A DNA stretch of 64,000 nucleotides, from contig DASZVS010000014.1 in NCBI GenBank assembly GCA_035546975.1, positions 124,029 through 188,028 of the forward strand, read 5' to 3'. Source of the DNA: Candidatus Saccharimonadales bacterium (lineage in GTDB: Bacteria; Patescibacteriota; Saccharimonadia; Saccharimonadales; UBA4665). The notes under the pieces were generated by a model. The model did not search any database, had not been told where the DNA came from, and saw nothing but the letters and a program-made list of their open reading frames with translations. Numbering within the stretch: position 1 is the stretch's first letter; each line of letters begins with the position of its first letter. The position numbers and the translations under genes are program-made. Positions 44,538 through 53,998 of this stretch are shown here, piece after piece.

Positions 44538-46154
44538 TTAGCCGACTACGCGGGAGAGTTCTTCGAGTGTGGTTTCGCCTGCCACAACCTTGAGAATGCC
44601 ATCTTGCTCCATAGTGCGCATACCGGACTTGATGGCAGCCTCTTCAAGGTTCTGCGTCGTAGCCACAATATGCGGGTTTTCCAGAACTTCGCGGAGAGGT
44701 TCGCTCATCATAAATTGCTCCCGGATAGCCAGCTGGCCCTGGAAGCCATACGGGTTTGCCTCGGACTTGCCCGGCTCATAGAGCTTCAGCCCGTCGAGGT
44801 TAGGCCGGGGAATTGCCTCCGGCAACGTATTAACGACTTCGTTGATATGATTCCATTCGGCTTCAGAGGGATCCCTCGCCTGCTTCGTGCTGTCATCCAA
44901 CCGCCGGATCAAGCGCTGCGCCATAACAAGCCGGATGGCTGATATGAAGAGCGGGTTTTGGCCGATGATGTCGGCTATACGCGTTAACGCGGCGGCGGCT
45001 GACGAGGCGTGGAAGGTACAAAGCACCAGGTGTCCGGTCAATGCCGCCTGCAAGGCTGTGCGGGCAGTATCCATGTCGCGAATTTCGCCGACCATCACAA
45101 TGTCCGGGTCAAGGCGCAAAACAGCGCGCAATTTATCCGCAAAGCTATCATCGTTGCCGCCTTCGCTGGAATGCACGGAAATTTGGGTGATTCCCGGGAA
45201 CTGGTATTCCACCGGGTCTTCGATAGTGATGATTTTGCGCTCTTCGGTATTAAGCGAATTAAGCATGGAATACAGCGTCGTTGTTTTGCCGGAACCGGTC
45301 GGGCCGACAATCATGACTAGGCCGCTCGGTTTCGCGATAATGTCATCGACCACTTTGCGCTCCTGCTCGGAGAGGCCGAGCCGGTCTAGCGTATACATTG
45401 ACTGGTCCATATTAAAGAGGCGCATCACGACATCCATACCGTTGATAGTTGGCACCGTCTCCAGGCGCACGTTTACATCAACCTCATTGCCGTCAGCCAT
45501 TTTGATGCGCTGCGCAATGTGGCCCTGCTGCGCTTCATTGGTAGATGTTGAAACATTGCCGGCGCTAGCAATGGCTGAGATCAAAATGCGGTACTTATCC
45601 GGCTGCAGGTGGGCGATAGGATGCAGCACGCCGTCGATTCTGAAGCGAATGCGTATGTAATCGCGCTGCGTTTCGATGTGAATGTCAGAAGCATTAAGCC
45701 GGTGCGCCTGCGCCACCAGGTACGCCAGCATGTCATCGGCGCGGACTTGCGCCAAAATGTTTGATATTTGCTCAACCAGCTCGCTCGTCCCCGCTTGGTT
45801 GATCTCAATATCTTGGTACACGATTTGCTTCGGCGGGTCGTACAAACGCATATATTCCCTGTACCCGGCGTCTGAAATGATGGCAAAACTAACGCGCTGG
45901 TCGGCAAACCGCTGCCTCAGGTCGGCCATTGTCTTCTGCGACGTCGTTGTCGTTATGCCAAACAGAATGTTGCTTTTGTCGGACCGAACAGGTATCACCT
46001 TGAGCTGATACAGCTCCGGCACCGTTAGCCAGTCTTTATAAAGCGGCTTGGGGCCGGGCTGTGAGGTGTCGAAGTAATCCATGCCGAGCACTTGGGCACG
46101 ATGCTGGGTCGATTGCTCTTCATCCCGGCGGGCACGGTTATCATCTGGATTCAT
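44538..46154 (-). CDS. pilB: type IV pilus / type II secretion assembly ATPase (GspE/PilB family)
   Basis: 538 aa. N-terminal T2SSE_N-like domain, Walker A GPTGSGKTTT, Asp box and Walker B (VMVGEIRD), and a His box. Confidence 0.85.
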   Translation of the reverse strand: MNPDDNRARRDEEQSTQHRAQVLGMDYFDTSQPGPKPLYKDWLTVPELYQLKVIPVRSDKSNILFGITTTTSQKTMADLRQRFADQRVSFAIISDAGYREYMRLYDPPKQIVYQDIEINQAGTSELVEQISNILAQVRADDMLAYLVAQAHRLNASDIHIETQRDYIRIRFRIDGVLHPIAHLQPDKYRILISAIASAGNVSTSTNEAQQGHIAQRIKMADGNEVDVNVRLETVPTINGMDVVMRLFNMDQSMYTLDRLGLSEQERKVVDDIIAKPSGLVMIVGPTGSGKTTTLYSMLNSLNTEERKIITIEDPVEYQFPGITQISVHSSEGGNDDSFADKLRAVLRLDPDIVMVGEIRDMDTARTALQAALTGHLVLCTFHASSAAAALTRIADIIGQNPLFISAIRLVMAQRLIRRLDDSTKQARDPSEAEWNHINEVVNTLPEAIPRPNLDGLKLYEPGKSEANPYGFQGQLAIREQFMMSEPLREVLENPHIVATTQNLEEAAIKSGMRTMEQDGILKVVAGETTLEELSRVVG

Positions 46155-46215
46155 ATGGATACTAGTATAACCTCTAGCGGTTTGGTTTGACTAGGCTAAA
46201 GATTACAATGTGGGA

Positions 46216-46710
46216 ATGCGAAGCATCGTCTTAATTGCTCATAACCTCCGAAGCGCCCATAATATCGGCTCACTACTTAGGACCGCCGAAGGGCTCGGCA
46301 TCGAAAAGGTGTATTTGACCGGTTACTCGCCGTATCCCCGTGCCGAACAAGATGATCGGTTGCCGCACATCGCCGAAAAAACAGATAAGCAGATAGCCAA
46401 AACGGCGCTTGGCGCCGAACACTCAATCGCCTGGGAACATCGTGCAGATATCGCCCCGTTAGTCACAGGGCTTAAGCAAGCCGGCTATCTGGTATCCGCC
46501 TTGGAACAAGTGCCTGGCTCTACACCGTTACCAGAATTTAAAGCGCCGGATAAAGTGGCGGTTATCGTAGGGCGCGAGGTTGAAGGTGTTGAACCTGAAG
46601 TACTCGATGCCTGCGATGCAATCCTTGAAATACCCATGGCGGGCAAAAAAGAATCATTTAATGTGGCTGCCGCGGCCGCCATGACCCTCTATGCACTACG
46701 CTTTGACTAA
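46216..46710 (+). CDS. SpoU/TrmH-family RNA 2'-O-methyltransferase
   Basis: SAHNIGSLLRTAEGLG, VIVGREVEGV and ESFNVAAAAAMTLY motifs. The ATG at 46216 lies 6 nt after TACAAT (46204-46209). The ORF-track GTG at 46210 abuts the -10 box. Confidence 0.85.
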   Translation: MRSIVLIAHNLRSAHNIGSLLRTAEGLGIEKVYLTGYSPYPRAEQDDRLPHIAEKTDKQIAKTALGAEHSIAWEHRADIAPLVTGLKQAGYLVSALEQVPGSTPLPEFKAPDKVAVIVGREVEGVEPEVLDACDAILEIPMAGKKESFNVAAAAAMTLYALRFD

Positions 46711-46737
46711 TAATCCTACGACTGGTTTAATATTTTA

Positions 46738-47124
46738 ATGCCCGGTGAACTACCCTACACTACTGCCGTCGTTCTGTCTGGCCTTGAACCAACTGCCCCT
46801 CTTCCCGATCGAATTGCCGCACTAAATCTCACTGGTCTTTCTTGTGAAGCTATAGCATATGGTGTTGGCGTAAGCTGCACTACTGTAAACAAGTGGGAGT
46901 GCGAGAGAACTACGCCAAGCGCCGCAAATAGCCGGCATCTGGATGACATACGCTTCGCCGCATTACTGCTCATTAAATTCGGCGGTCTTGAACCTCCGGA
47001 AGCTGGCCTTTGGCTCGCTAGGGAAAGTGGCGGCAGTGTGGAATACCCCATCCTTAATGCAATACGAGAAAATCCAAGTAAAACACTTAAAAAACTACAG
47101 CACGTCATAGTAAAACACTCATAA
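46738..47124 (+). CDS. XRE-type helix-turn-helix protein with antitoxin-like C-terminal region
   Basis: LSCEAIAYGVGVSCTTVNKWECERTTPS fits the XRE HTH pattern. The C-terminal GLWLARESGG...ILNAI loosely resembles Xre/MbcA/ParS (DUF2384) domains. Confidence 0.5.
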   Translation: MPGELPYTTAVVLSGLEPTAPLPDRIAALNLTGLSCEAIAYGVGVSCTTVNKWECERTTPSAANSRHLDDIRFAALLLIKFGGLEPPEAGLWLARESGGSVEYPILNAIRENPSKTLKKLQHVIVKHS

Positions 47125-47168
47125 CTATAGCGTTTATGGTATAATTGTGGCGTTAATCAAAAACTAAA

Positions 47169-48050
47169 ATGACACTGGTCACAAAACCCAAAAGAAACAC
47201 CAGGCACCATAAAAAGCGCAGCGGCAAGCATCATCGCCATAGCGATCATTACCTGAAGACGTATTGGCCGTACATACCGATGCTGTTGGTTGTTGGTTTC
47301 GGCCTGCTTGTTAATAGCATGTGGTCGCACGCCGGTGTCCTCGGCGTTAATAGCAACTTTACGAGTGCTTCCCTGCTGAATTCCACAAATACCCAACGGG
47401 TAGCCGATCATGAATCCGCTCTGAGTCTTAACCAGCAACTTACGTCAGCAGCCCAGGCTAAAGCCAATGATATGGTCCAAAAAGATTACTGGGCGCACAA
47501 CTCGCCGGATGGCAAAACGCCCTGGACCTTCATAAACGCCGCCGGCTACAGCTACCAGATGGCCGGTGAAAATCTGGCTTTCGGTTTTGATAACGCCGGC
47601 GACACTATTTCAGGCTGGATGAACAGCCCAACGCATCGCGCCAACATACTCAATGCCGGCTATAAAGATGTCGGCTTCGGCGTAGCGAGCTCGCCCAATT
47701 ACCAGGGTCACGGACCGGAAACAGTGGTTGTCGCCGAATACGCTACTCCTGCGGAAGCGTTACCTGCCGGCGGTACGGCTGGAGCCCCGGATACGAACAC
47801 GCCCATCGCGGCTAAGCCAGTCTCGCGCATTCAAATCCTTACCGGGCAAGATGCCTGGATAACTTCAGCCGTATCCGCACTTGCTGGCGCGGCTATAGCA
47901 GTCTTCTTAGTACGGCATGGGCTGCGCTTTAAGCGGCTCGCGCTGGAAGGCGAGAGCTTTGTTCTGCATCATCCAATGCTCGATATAGCGATTGTATTTG
48001 TCGGCACTATGGCAGTTGTCTTCGCCCAGGCAAGCGGCAACATTCACTAA
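47169..48050 (+). CDS. membrane-anchored CAP/SCP (YkwD-like) domain protein
   Basis: His/Lys/Arg-rich N-tail and a TM helix. CAP motifs (DYWAHNSPDG, GENLAFG, GWMNSPTHRANIL, VGFGV). C-terminal TM helices. Confidence 0.75.
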   Translation: MTLVTKPKRNTRHHKKRSGKHHRHSDHYLKTYWPYIPMLLVVGFGLLVNSMWSHAGVLGVNSNFTSASLLNSTNTQRVADHESALSLNQQLTSAAQAKANDMVQKDYWAHNSPDGKTPWTFINAAGYSYQMAGENLAFGFDNAGDTISGWMNSPTHRANILNAGYKDVGFGVASSPNYQGHGPETVVVAEYATPAEALPAGGTAGAPDTNTPIAAKPVSRIQILTGQDAWITSAVSALAGAAIAVFLVRHGLRFKRLALEGESFVLHHPMLDIAIVFVGTMAVVFAQASGNIH

Positions 48051-48054
48051 ATAA

Positions 48055-51000
48055 TTACTTTATAACCAGATTTTCGTTTCCTACGAGTTGCTTGAGCGCG
48101 TCGAGCCCTTCGCTCTCCGGGTCAATGCCGCCCGGCAGCTTAATAGCTTGTTTAGAGGTAGCTTCGCCGAGCACCAATACGACTTCAGTGTCGCCCTGAT
48201 GGCTATCGATCGTCTGTTTGAGTGACAGGAGCGTCTCTTCGTCGCCTGTATTATTCAAGCGGATATACACCCGTTCACTTACCGGTTTAGCTTCCGCGGT
48301 GGGCAACTCTTTCTTCTCGCCTGAAGGCTGGTACGCAGCAGCTTGTTCGGTTGTAATCCCCCGCACATTTTCGACAAGCACCTTTACTTCGCCGGTGCTT
48401 TTGCCCTCCTTATCGCGGCTATTTACCTTGCCGCGGATCAAAGCTATCTGATCCTGTTGGAGCTGGGAGGCAAACTGCTCGTAGTTGCCGGGGAAAAGTA
48501 TGATTTCCAATTCACCGAAGTTATCTTCGATTTTTATAAACGCCATCTTCTTGCCATTCCGCGTAGTGATGTCTCGGACGCTTGTGACAATCCCGCCGAT
48601 AGTGACCATTTTGCCGTCATGCTCGGCCTGCAGGCTATTAAGCGGTATAGTCTGTTCGCTAAGCATAACTTCGAAAGCTTCCAAAGGATGCCTGCTCAAG
48701 TACAGGCCGAGTAATTCCCGCTCCCATTGCAGCTGTTCGTGCTCGTCAATCTGTATAGGCGGCTCCTGCAGATCCAGCCGCGGCTTCTCTATGACAGATT
48801 CGTCCGATGTGCCGAAAAGGTCGGTCTGGCCGCTGCTTGCTTGTTTTTGCAACCGCGAGGCAAAGGCCTGCATCATCTCAAGGTTGTGCAGCAATGTGCC
48901 GCGGCTGCCGAAACGGTCGAACGCGCCTGCTTTAATTAAACTCTCCAGCGCTTTTCTATTAACGATCCGGCTATTTACCCGCGTAAGAAAGTCTTCGAGA
49001 TTTTTAAACTCCCCCTCTTCGCGGGCCCGCAGAATCTCTTCTACTGCGCCGGTGCCGACATTCTTGATGGCCGCCAAGCCGAAGCGTATTTCATTTTTTT
49101 CAGGGACTACGGCAAACTCCAAGAATGATTCATTAACATCGGGGGCCAAAACAGTTATGCCCATATGCTTACACTCGGTTATTTCGATTGCCAGTCGGTC
49201 GGTATCATCATAATCGCTTGTCATGAGCGCCGCCATGAACGCAGCCGGATAATTTGCCTTAAGGTAGGCTGTCCAATAGGCGATTTGCGCATAGCAAGTG
49301 GCATGAGCCTTATTGAATGAGTAGTCAGCAAAGGGCTGAATGAGCGCCCACAAATGATTTGCCTGTTTCTCGTTTAAACCCTGCTTCTTGCAACCTGCGA
49401 TAAACTTCGGCTCCTCGGCGGCCATAATATCGCGCTTTTTCTTACCAATAGCTTTGCGAACAAGGTCAGCCTCGCCGGGCGTGTAGCCAGCTACCAGCTG
49501 CAGTAGTTGGATTATGTTTTCCTGGTATACGATAACGCCATACGTATCTTCCAGCACAGGCTTGAGCGAATCGTGTAGATATGTAACGCCGGTCGGGCTA
49601 TTTTTACCTTTAATAAATGCCGGGATTTGTTCCATTGGCCCCGGGCGATACAAAGCATTCATGGCCACCAGATCGGTGAACTCCGTGGGTTTCAGCTCCC
49701 TTAGATAGCGCTTCATGCCAGCTGATTCAAACTGGAATACACCAGTCGTATCACCTACCTGGAACAGTTTAAACGTCTTCTTGTCGTCGTTTGGGATTTC
49801 GCCGAGCTCTATTTTCTTGCCATATACCCTGCGTACAATGCGTAGGGCATTATTCAAAATAGTAAGGTTGCTGAGGCCAAGGAAGTCCATTTTGAGCAGG
49901 CCGATTTGTTCAATCGGAACCATAGAATACTGCGTGGCAATCACGCCCTTTTGAGCCATTTCAAGCGGCGTATAGCAGACAATATCTTCGGGGGCGATCA
50001 CGACACCGGCAGCATGCACACCGTGAGACCGGATAGTCCCTTCGAGCTGCATGGCCAAGTCAAAGACGCGTTTTGCAGTCTCATTCGATTTATATTCCTG
50101 TTTGAGGTCGCGGTCTTCCTTAATCGCCTTGGCAAGCGGAACATGCCTACCCTGGACGGGCGGCGGGATCATCTTTGCCAGCCGGTCGGCTTCGGCATAC
50201 GGAACCTGCAAGACGCGCGACACGTCGCGAACAGCATTACGGGCGGCCATCCGGCCGAAAGTTACGATATTGGCAACACGCTCTTTACCGTATTTTTCAA
50301 CGCAATATTGGATCACCTCGTCGCGGCGGGTGTCTTGGATGTCGATATCTATATCGGGCATGCTAATACGACCCGGATTCAAGAACCGCTCAAACATGAG
50401 CTTATATTGCATCGGCTCGATTTCTGTAATACGGACCGCATAAGCAACTAATGATCCGGCTGCCGAGCCTCGGCCAGGACCAAAGATAATGCCCTGGTCT
50501 TTGCCCCATTTAATGAAATCCTGCACGATCAAAAAGTAGCCGTTGAAGCCCATTGAGTCGATGGTGTCGAGTTCGTATTCAGCCCGGTCAATGATTTCTT
50601 TGCTCAGGAGTTTTTTCGCTTCGGCAATACTCATTTTGGCACTTTTATCAGCACTCACTGCCCCATAACGCCAAGCCAGGCCTTGCCAGACAAGTTTCTG
50701 CAGGTAGGATTTCTCGTCTTCACCTTTTGGCACCGGAAATTTCGGAATTAAGATATCGCCGAGCTTGATCTCTACGTCGCAGCGGTTGGCGATGGCTTTC
50801 GTATTGCTGATGTAGTCGGGGTGATCTTTGCCCCAGCGTTTTATAACTTCCTTTGGGTCCGTCACATGCAGTTCGAAGTCCTTGAGACTCATCCGTTGCT
50901 CGTCCGTTAGGAAAGAGCCCGTTTGGACGCACAGCAAAATTTCGTGGGCCTCTTGGTCTTCATGTTTCAAATAATGCGCATCACACGTTACAACGCATGG

Positions 51001-51642
51001 TATATCCAGCTCTTCGCTGAGTTTCATAATTTGCTCGTTAATACCCACCTGCTCAACCCATTTGCTCGGATGGTCCGGATGGCCGTGGTCTTGAAGCTCC
51101 AAGTAATACCGGTCGCCAAAAACTTTTTTGTACCATTCGGCTGTTTCTTTGGCCTGTTGGTACTGCCCCTGGCGGAGCTGGTCGCCCACTTCGCTGCTAG
51201 CACACCCGCTGAGACAAATAAGCCCCTCGTTGTGCTCTGCGAGTAATTCCCGGTCTATTCTCGGCCGGTAATAGAACCCTTCTAAGTTGGCGATCGTGCT
51301 GAGCGCCATGAGGTTTTGGTAGCCGGCTTTATTCATAGCCAGGAGTATTAAGTGATAATTTTGCTTATCCTTCCCCGGGTCTTTGTCACGGAAACCGCGG
51401 GCCGCAACGTATGTTTCCATGCCGATAATTGGTTTAACCCCGTGCGATTTTGCTTCTTGGTAGAATTCAATTGTGCCGCTTAGCGTTCCGTGGTCGGTGA
51501 CAGCTACAGCAGGCATGTCATGCTGTTTCACGTATTTAATAAGGTCCGGGATTTTAGTCAGGCCATCAAGCAAACTGTACTGCGTATGATTGTGCAGATG
51601 TACGTAATCACTCGGTTTTAGCGTTTGTTTTTTGGACGTCAA
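48055..51642 (-). CDS. dnaE: DNA polymerase III alpha subunit
   Basis: 1195 aa. PHP domain HLHNHTQYSLLDG, polymerase core and OB fold. TTG start preceded by GGGAGAGGG. Confidence 0.95.
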   Translation of the reverse strand: MTSKKQTLKPSDYVHLHNHTQYSLLDGLTKIPDLIKYVKQHDMPAVAVTDHGTLSGTIEFYQEAKSHGVKPIIGMETYVAARGFRDKDPGKDKQNYHLILLAMNKAGYQNLMALSTIANLEGFYYRPRIDRELLAEHNEGLICLSGCASSEVGDQLRQGQYQQAKETAEWYKKVFGDRYYLELQDHGHPDHPSKWVEQVGINEQIMKLSEELDIPCVVTCDAHYLKHEDQEAHEILLCVQTGSFLTDEQRMSLKDFELHVTDPKEVIKRWGKDHPDYISNTKAIANRCDVEIKLGDILIPKFPVPKGEDEKSYLQKLVWQGLAWRYGAVSADKSAKMSIAEAKKLLSKEIIDRAEYELDTIDSMGFNGYFLIVQDFIKWGKDQGIIFGPGRGSAAGSLVAYAVRITEIEPMQYKLMFERFLNPGRISMPDIDIDIQDTRRDEVIQYCVEKYGKERVANIVTFGRMAARNAVRDVSRVLQVPYAEADRLAKMIPPPVQGRHVPLAKAIKEDRDLKQEYKSNETAKRVFDLAMQLEGTIRSHGVHAAGVVIAPEDIVCYTPLEMAQKGVIATQYSMVPIEQIGLLKMDFLGLSNLTILNNALRIVRRVYGKKIELGEIPNDDKKTFKLFQVGDTTGVFQFESAGMKRYLRELKPTEFTDLVAMNALYRPGPMEQIPAFIKGKNSPTGVTYLHDSLKPVLEDTYGVIVYQENIIQLLQLVAGYTPGEADLVRKAIGKKKRDIMAAEEPKFIAGCKKQGLNEKQANHLWALIQPFADYSFNKAHATCYAQIAYWTAYLKANYPAAFMAALMTSDYDDTDRLAIEITECKHMGITVLAPDVNESFLEFAVVPEKNEIRFGLAAIKNVGTGAVEEILRAREEGEFKNLEDFLTRVNSRIVNRKALESLIKAGAFDRFGSRGTLLHNLEMMQAFASRLQKQASSGQTDLFGTSDESVIEKPRLDLQEPPIQIDEHEQLQWERELLGLYLSRHPLEAFEVMLSEQTIPLNSLQAEHDGKMVTIGGIVTSVRDITTRNGKKMAFIKIEDNFGELEIILFPGNYEQFASQLQQDQIALIRGKVNSRDKEGKSTGEVKVLVENVRGITTEQAAAYQPSGEKKELPTAEAKPVSERVYIRLNNTGDEETLLSLKQTIDSHQGDTEVVLVLGEATSKQAIKLPGGIDPESEGLDALKQLVGNENLVIK

Positions 51643-51699
51643 AGCTACCCTCTCCCTTTGCTATACACCTATAAGTATACCATCGACAGCACGTAGTTT

Positions 51700-52308
51700 T
51701 TAGCTTGGATTCGTATAATTCTCCAGCGTAATATGCAGAAAGTTAAAACAACCTTCCCCGTAGCGGTCGGGTAAGCCTGTCCTTGTCGTTCCGAACTCAC
51801 TGACCCTTGCGTCGACCAAATCCATAAACCACCCAAGGCTTTCAGGCCTTAGATGATTAAGACGTTTTGCGTATGAATCCAGCGAATCTCTCGCCCTTAC
51901 TTCAGGAACAGTTTCATACTCTAGTGGCGGGTAGCGAAATTCTTCGGGTATCCAGTGAAGAAATTGGGGAAGCCGCGACAGGTCGCCATTTTCTGTAAAA
52001 AAACGTCGTGAGTATAATACCGTTAGCATATTCCATGACCTACCAGCGACTTTCCGGCTTAACTTCTCTGCATCGGCTATCTCATAGAAAGAATCTTTCG
52101 TTAGGCGTGCGGACTCAGAACCCTCCACATCTTCGGCTTCAGAAACCAGCTCAGGAACTTCGTGGGGCTCATCGCCTTTCGGAATCAACGCTACGCCTAT
52201 ACGGGACATTGTTTCCTCAACGCGCGACCACTGGCCAGGCAGAAGCTCGCCTGATAGTTCATAGGATCGTGCCTGTCTCAAATCATTCACAATAAAGAGA
52301 CTATACAA
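51700..52308 (-). CDS. hypothetical protein
   Basis: The ORF-track start is a TTG with no SD. The internal ATG at 52209 has GAGGAA 5 nt upstream, so the true start may be there (169 aa). Confidence 0.45.
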   Translation of the reverse strand: MYSLFIVNDLRQARSYELSGELLPGQWSRVEETMSRIGVALIPKGDEPHEVPELVSEAEDVEGSESARLTKDSFYEIADAEKLSRKVAGRSWNMLTVLYSRRFFTENGDLSRLPQFLHWIPEEFRYPPLEYETVPEVRARDSLDSYAKRLNHLRPESLGWFMDLVDARVSEFGTTRTGLPDRYGEGCFNFLHITLENYTNPS

Positions 52309-52347
52309 GGTATTTGAACTTCAGCCAAGTTCTCCCAAGCTCTCCGG

Positions 52348-52767
52348 CTATTTTTTCAGATACTTTCGAAGGTGGTCAAGCGCTCTATTGGCCTCTTTGA
52401 TGGCGCGCTCGAGATCTTTGTCGTCGGCTTCGCCCTCATGAACGGCGCTGAGCATTTCACGGACTTTTTCTTTGCTGTCGCCAGCCTTGTCCGTTAGGTC
52501 ATTCAGTTCGTCTTTGGCGCGGCCGCGCAGTTTATCGCCGCTTACTTTGGCCTGCGAAAGTGATTTGTCGAGTTCAGTGTGAAGTTTTTTCAACTCTTTT
52601 TCGGCCTCGGCCTGAGCTTTATTAGCGCTATCTTTGATGTCTTGGCGCGTTTCTTTACCGCTTTGCGGAGCCGTTAGAAGACCGGCTAAATAACCGATAG
52701 CCCCGGCTATGGCGCTGCCAATAGCCAAACGCCGCATATTCTTTTGCCGTTGCCGCCTCGTCATCAT
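52348..52767 (-). CDS. YtxH-domain (general stress-like) protein
   Basis: One N-terminal helix, then APQSGKETRQDIKD and a long charged helical region. Confidence 0.65.
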   Translation of the reverse strand: MMTRRQRQKNMRRLAIGSAIAGAIGYLAGLLTAPQSGKETRQDIKDSANKAQAEAEKELKKLHTELDKSLSQAKVSGDKLRGRAKDELNDLTDKAGDSKEKVREMLSAVHEGEADDKDLERAIKEANRALDHLRKYLKK

Positions 52768-53018
52768 TATTTCCGCCTCCCATTCACTATTTTGACAATG
52801 TTTCGAATGAGTTTGAAGAACGCAAGGCGCCCTTGGGTATCTCTGAGAACCTCCGCAGCCGACTCGACTGAGTCAACAACTTCTTCCGCCTTCATAACCA
52901 TTTCCCGAAGAGCCTGAACGAGCCGCAATACGCCCGCCATAACGGCGATACAAAGCAAGAAAAAGACACTGAGTAACACGCACAGGATAATAATAAGAAC
53001 TTGGTCGGTTGTAGTCAT
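52767..53018 (-). CDS. DUF948-like small membrane protein
   Basis: 83 aa. An N-terminal TM helix followed by an amphipathic helix. TAATG overlap with the YtxH-like gene. Confidence 0.5.
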   Translation of the reverse strand: MTTTDQVLIIILCVLLSVFFLLCIAVMAGVLRLVQALREMVMKAEEVVDSVESAAEVLRDTQGRLAFFKLIRNIVKIVNGRRK

Positions 53019-53074
53019 GGCTCTAGTATATAACGGTTATAGGCTATTGCAAGCTTCGGCCGGCTTACAACCCT

Positions 53075-53968
53075 TTAGCCTTGCAGCTTTTCGCGAAGAT
53101 AGTCGCAAAGCTCGTGGCCGATATCATCCCGCTCCAGCGCAAAGTCAAAAACAGTTTTTAGATACTCCATCTTATTGCCGGTATCGTGGTATACACCGTC
53201 CTGGATTTCGCATCCGTAAATGTCATGCCCGTCCTGGATCATCTTCTGCATAGCAGGCTGGATCATGAATTCGCCTTCTTTGAGCGCAGCGAGCTCCTCG
53301 TGTAAATAAGGGAATATTGCCGGTTCTAATACATAGCCGCTGACGGTTGCTAAATCCGACGGCGCCTTGGCTGCCGAGCCAGGTTTTTCTATGATCGTGT
53401 CGACTTGGTATAGGCGATCGCCCACTTGCTTTCCGCCCACGTAGCCGTAGCGGCTATAATCTTCTTCACCGCTGCGCCGGATGCAGGTAAGCACAGAACC
53501 GCCCCGCTCATCGCGAGCAGCAAGCAACTGCTTAAAGCGGCTGGGCTTGGCACGGACAAAGTCGTCGGCAAAAGTATAAATAAACGGCTCGTTGCCGATT
53601 AAATGCTCAACATCCACCAGCGGGGAGGCGCTGCCATACGGGCCTTTTTGGCGTACATAGGCAAAGTTTGCCAGCGTTGATATTTCACGTATTTTCTCAA
53701 AGATCTCTTCTTTGCCGCCTTGCTTCAAGTTCGACCGAAGCTCCATGCTGGTATGGTCAAAATGGTCCTCAATGGCACGCTTATGATAGCCGGTCACGAT
53801 AACGACGTCCTCTATGCCGGCATCCACCAGCTCCTCAACGATATACTGAATAATCGGCTTATCGACGAGCGGCAACATCTCCTTGGGCATAGCCTTGGTA
53901 AACGGCAAAAAACGGGTACCAAAACCTGCTGCGGCTATAACTGCTTTTCGGACTTTCGGTTTGCTCAT
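53075..53968 (-). CDS. galU: UTP--glucose-1-phosphate uridylyltransferase
   Basis: AAGFGTRFLPFTKAMPKEMLPLVDKPIIQYIVEE is the GalU signature. Confidence 0.92.
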   Translation of the reverse strand: MSKPKVRKAVIAAAGFGTRFLPFTKAMPKEMLPLVDKPIIQYIVEELVDAGIEDVVIVTGYHKRAIEDHFDHTSMELRSNLKQGGKEEIFEKIREISTLANFAYVRQKGPYGSASPLVDVEHLIGNEPFIYTFADDFVRAKPSRFKQLLAARDERGGSVLTCIRRSGEEDYSRYGYVGGKQVGDRLYQVDTIIEKPGSAAKAPSDLATVSGYVLEPAIFPYLHEELAALKEGEFMIQPAMQKMIQDGHDIYGCEIQDGVYHDTGNKMEYLKTVFDFALERDDIGHELCDYLREKLQG

Positions 53969-53998
53969 GGCATTGATTGTACCACGAGAACCTGCCTG

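Noticed and set aside
44887-45660. 257-aa plus-strand ORF. Similar long antisense ORFs occur at 26280-26936, 26701-27357, 36617-37216, 58135-58692, 10435-11010, 43827-44450 and 2185-3282.
   Set aside because: Each lies entirely antisense to a strongly recognisable conserved gene (pilB, clpC, pepN, gatA, hisS, rpoB and others). Their products are low-complexity Ser/Arg/Ala-rich with no motifs, and none has an SD or promoter context. These are typical shadow ORFs.
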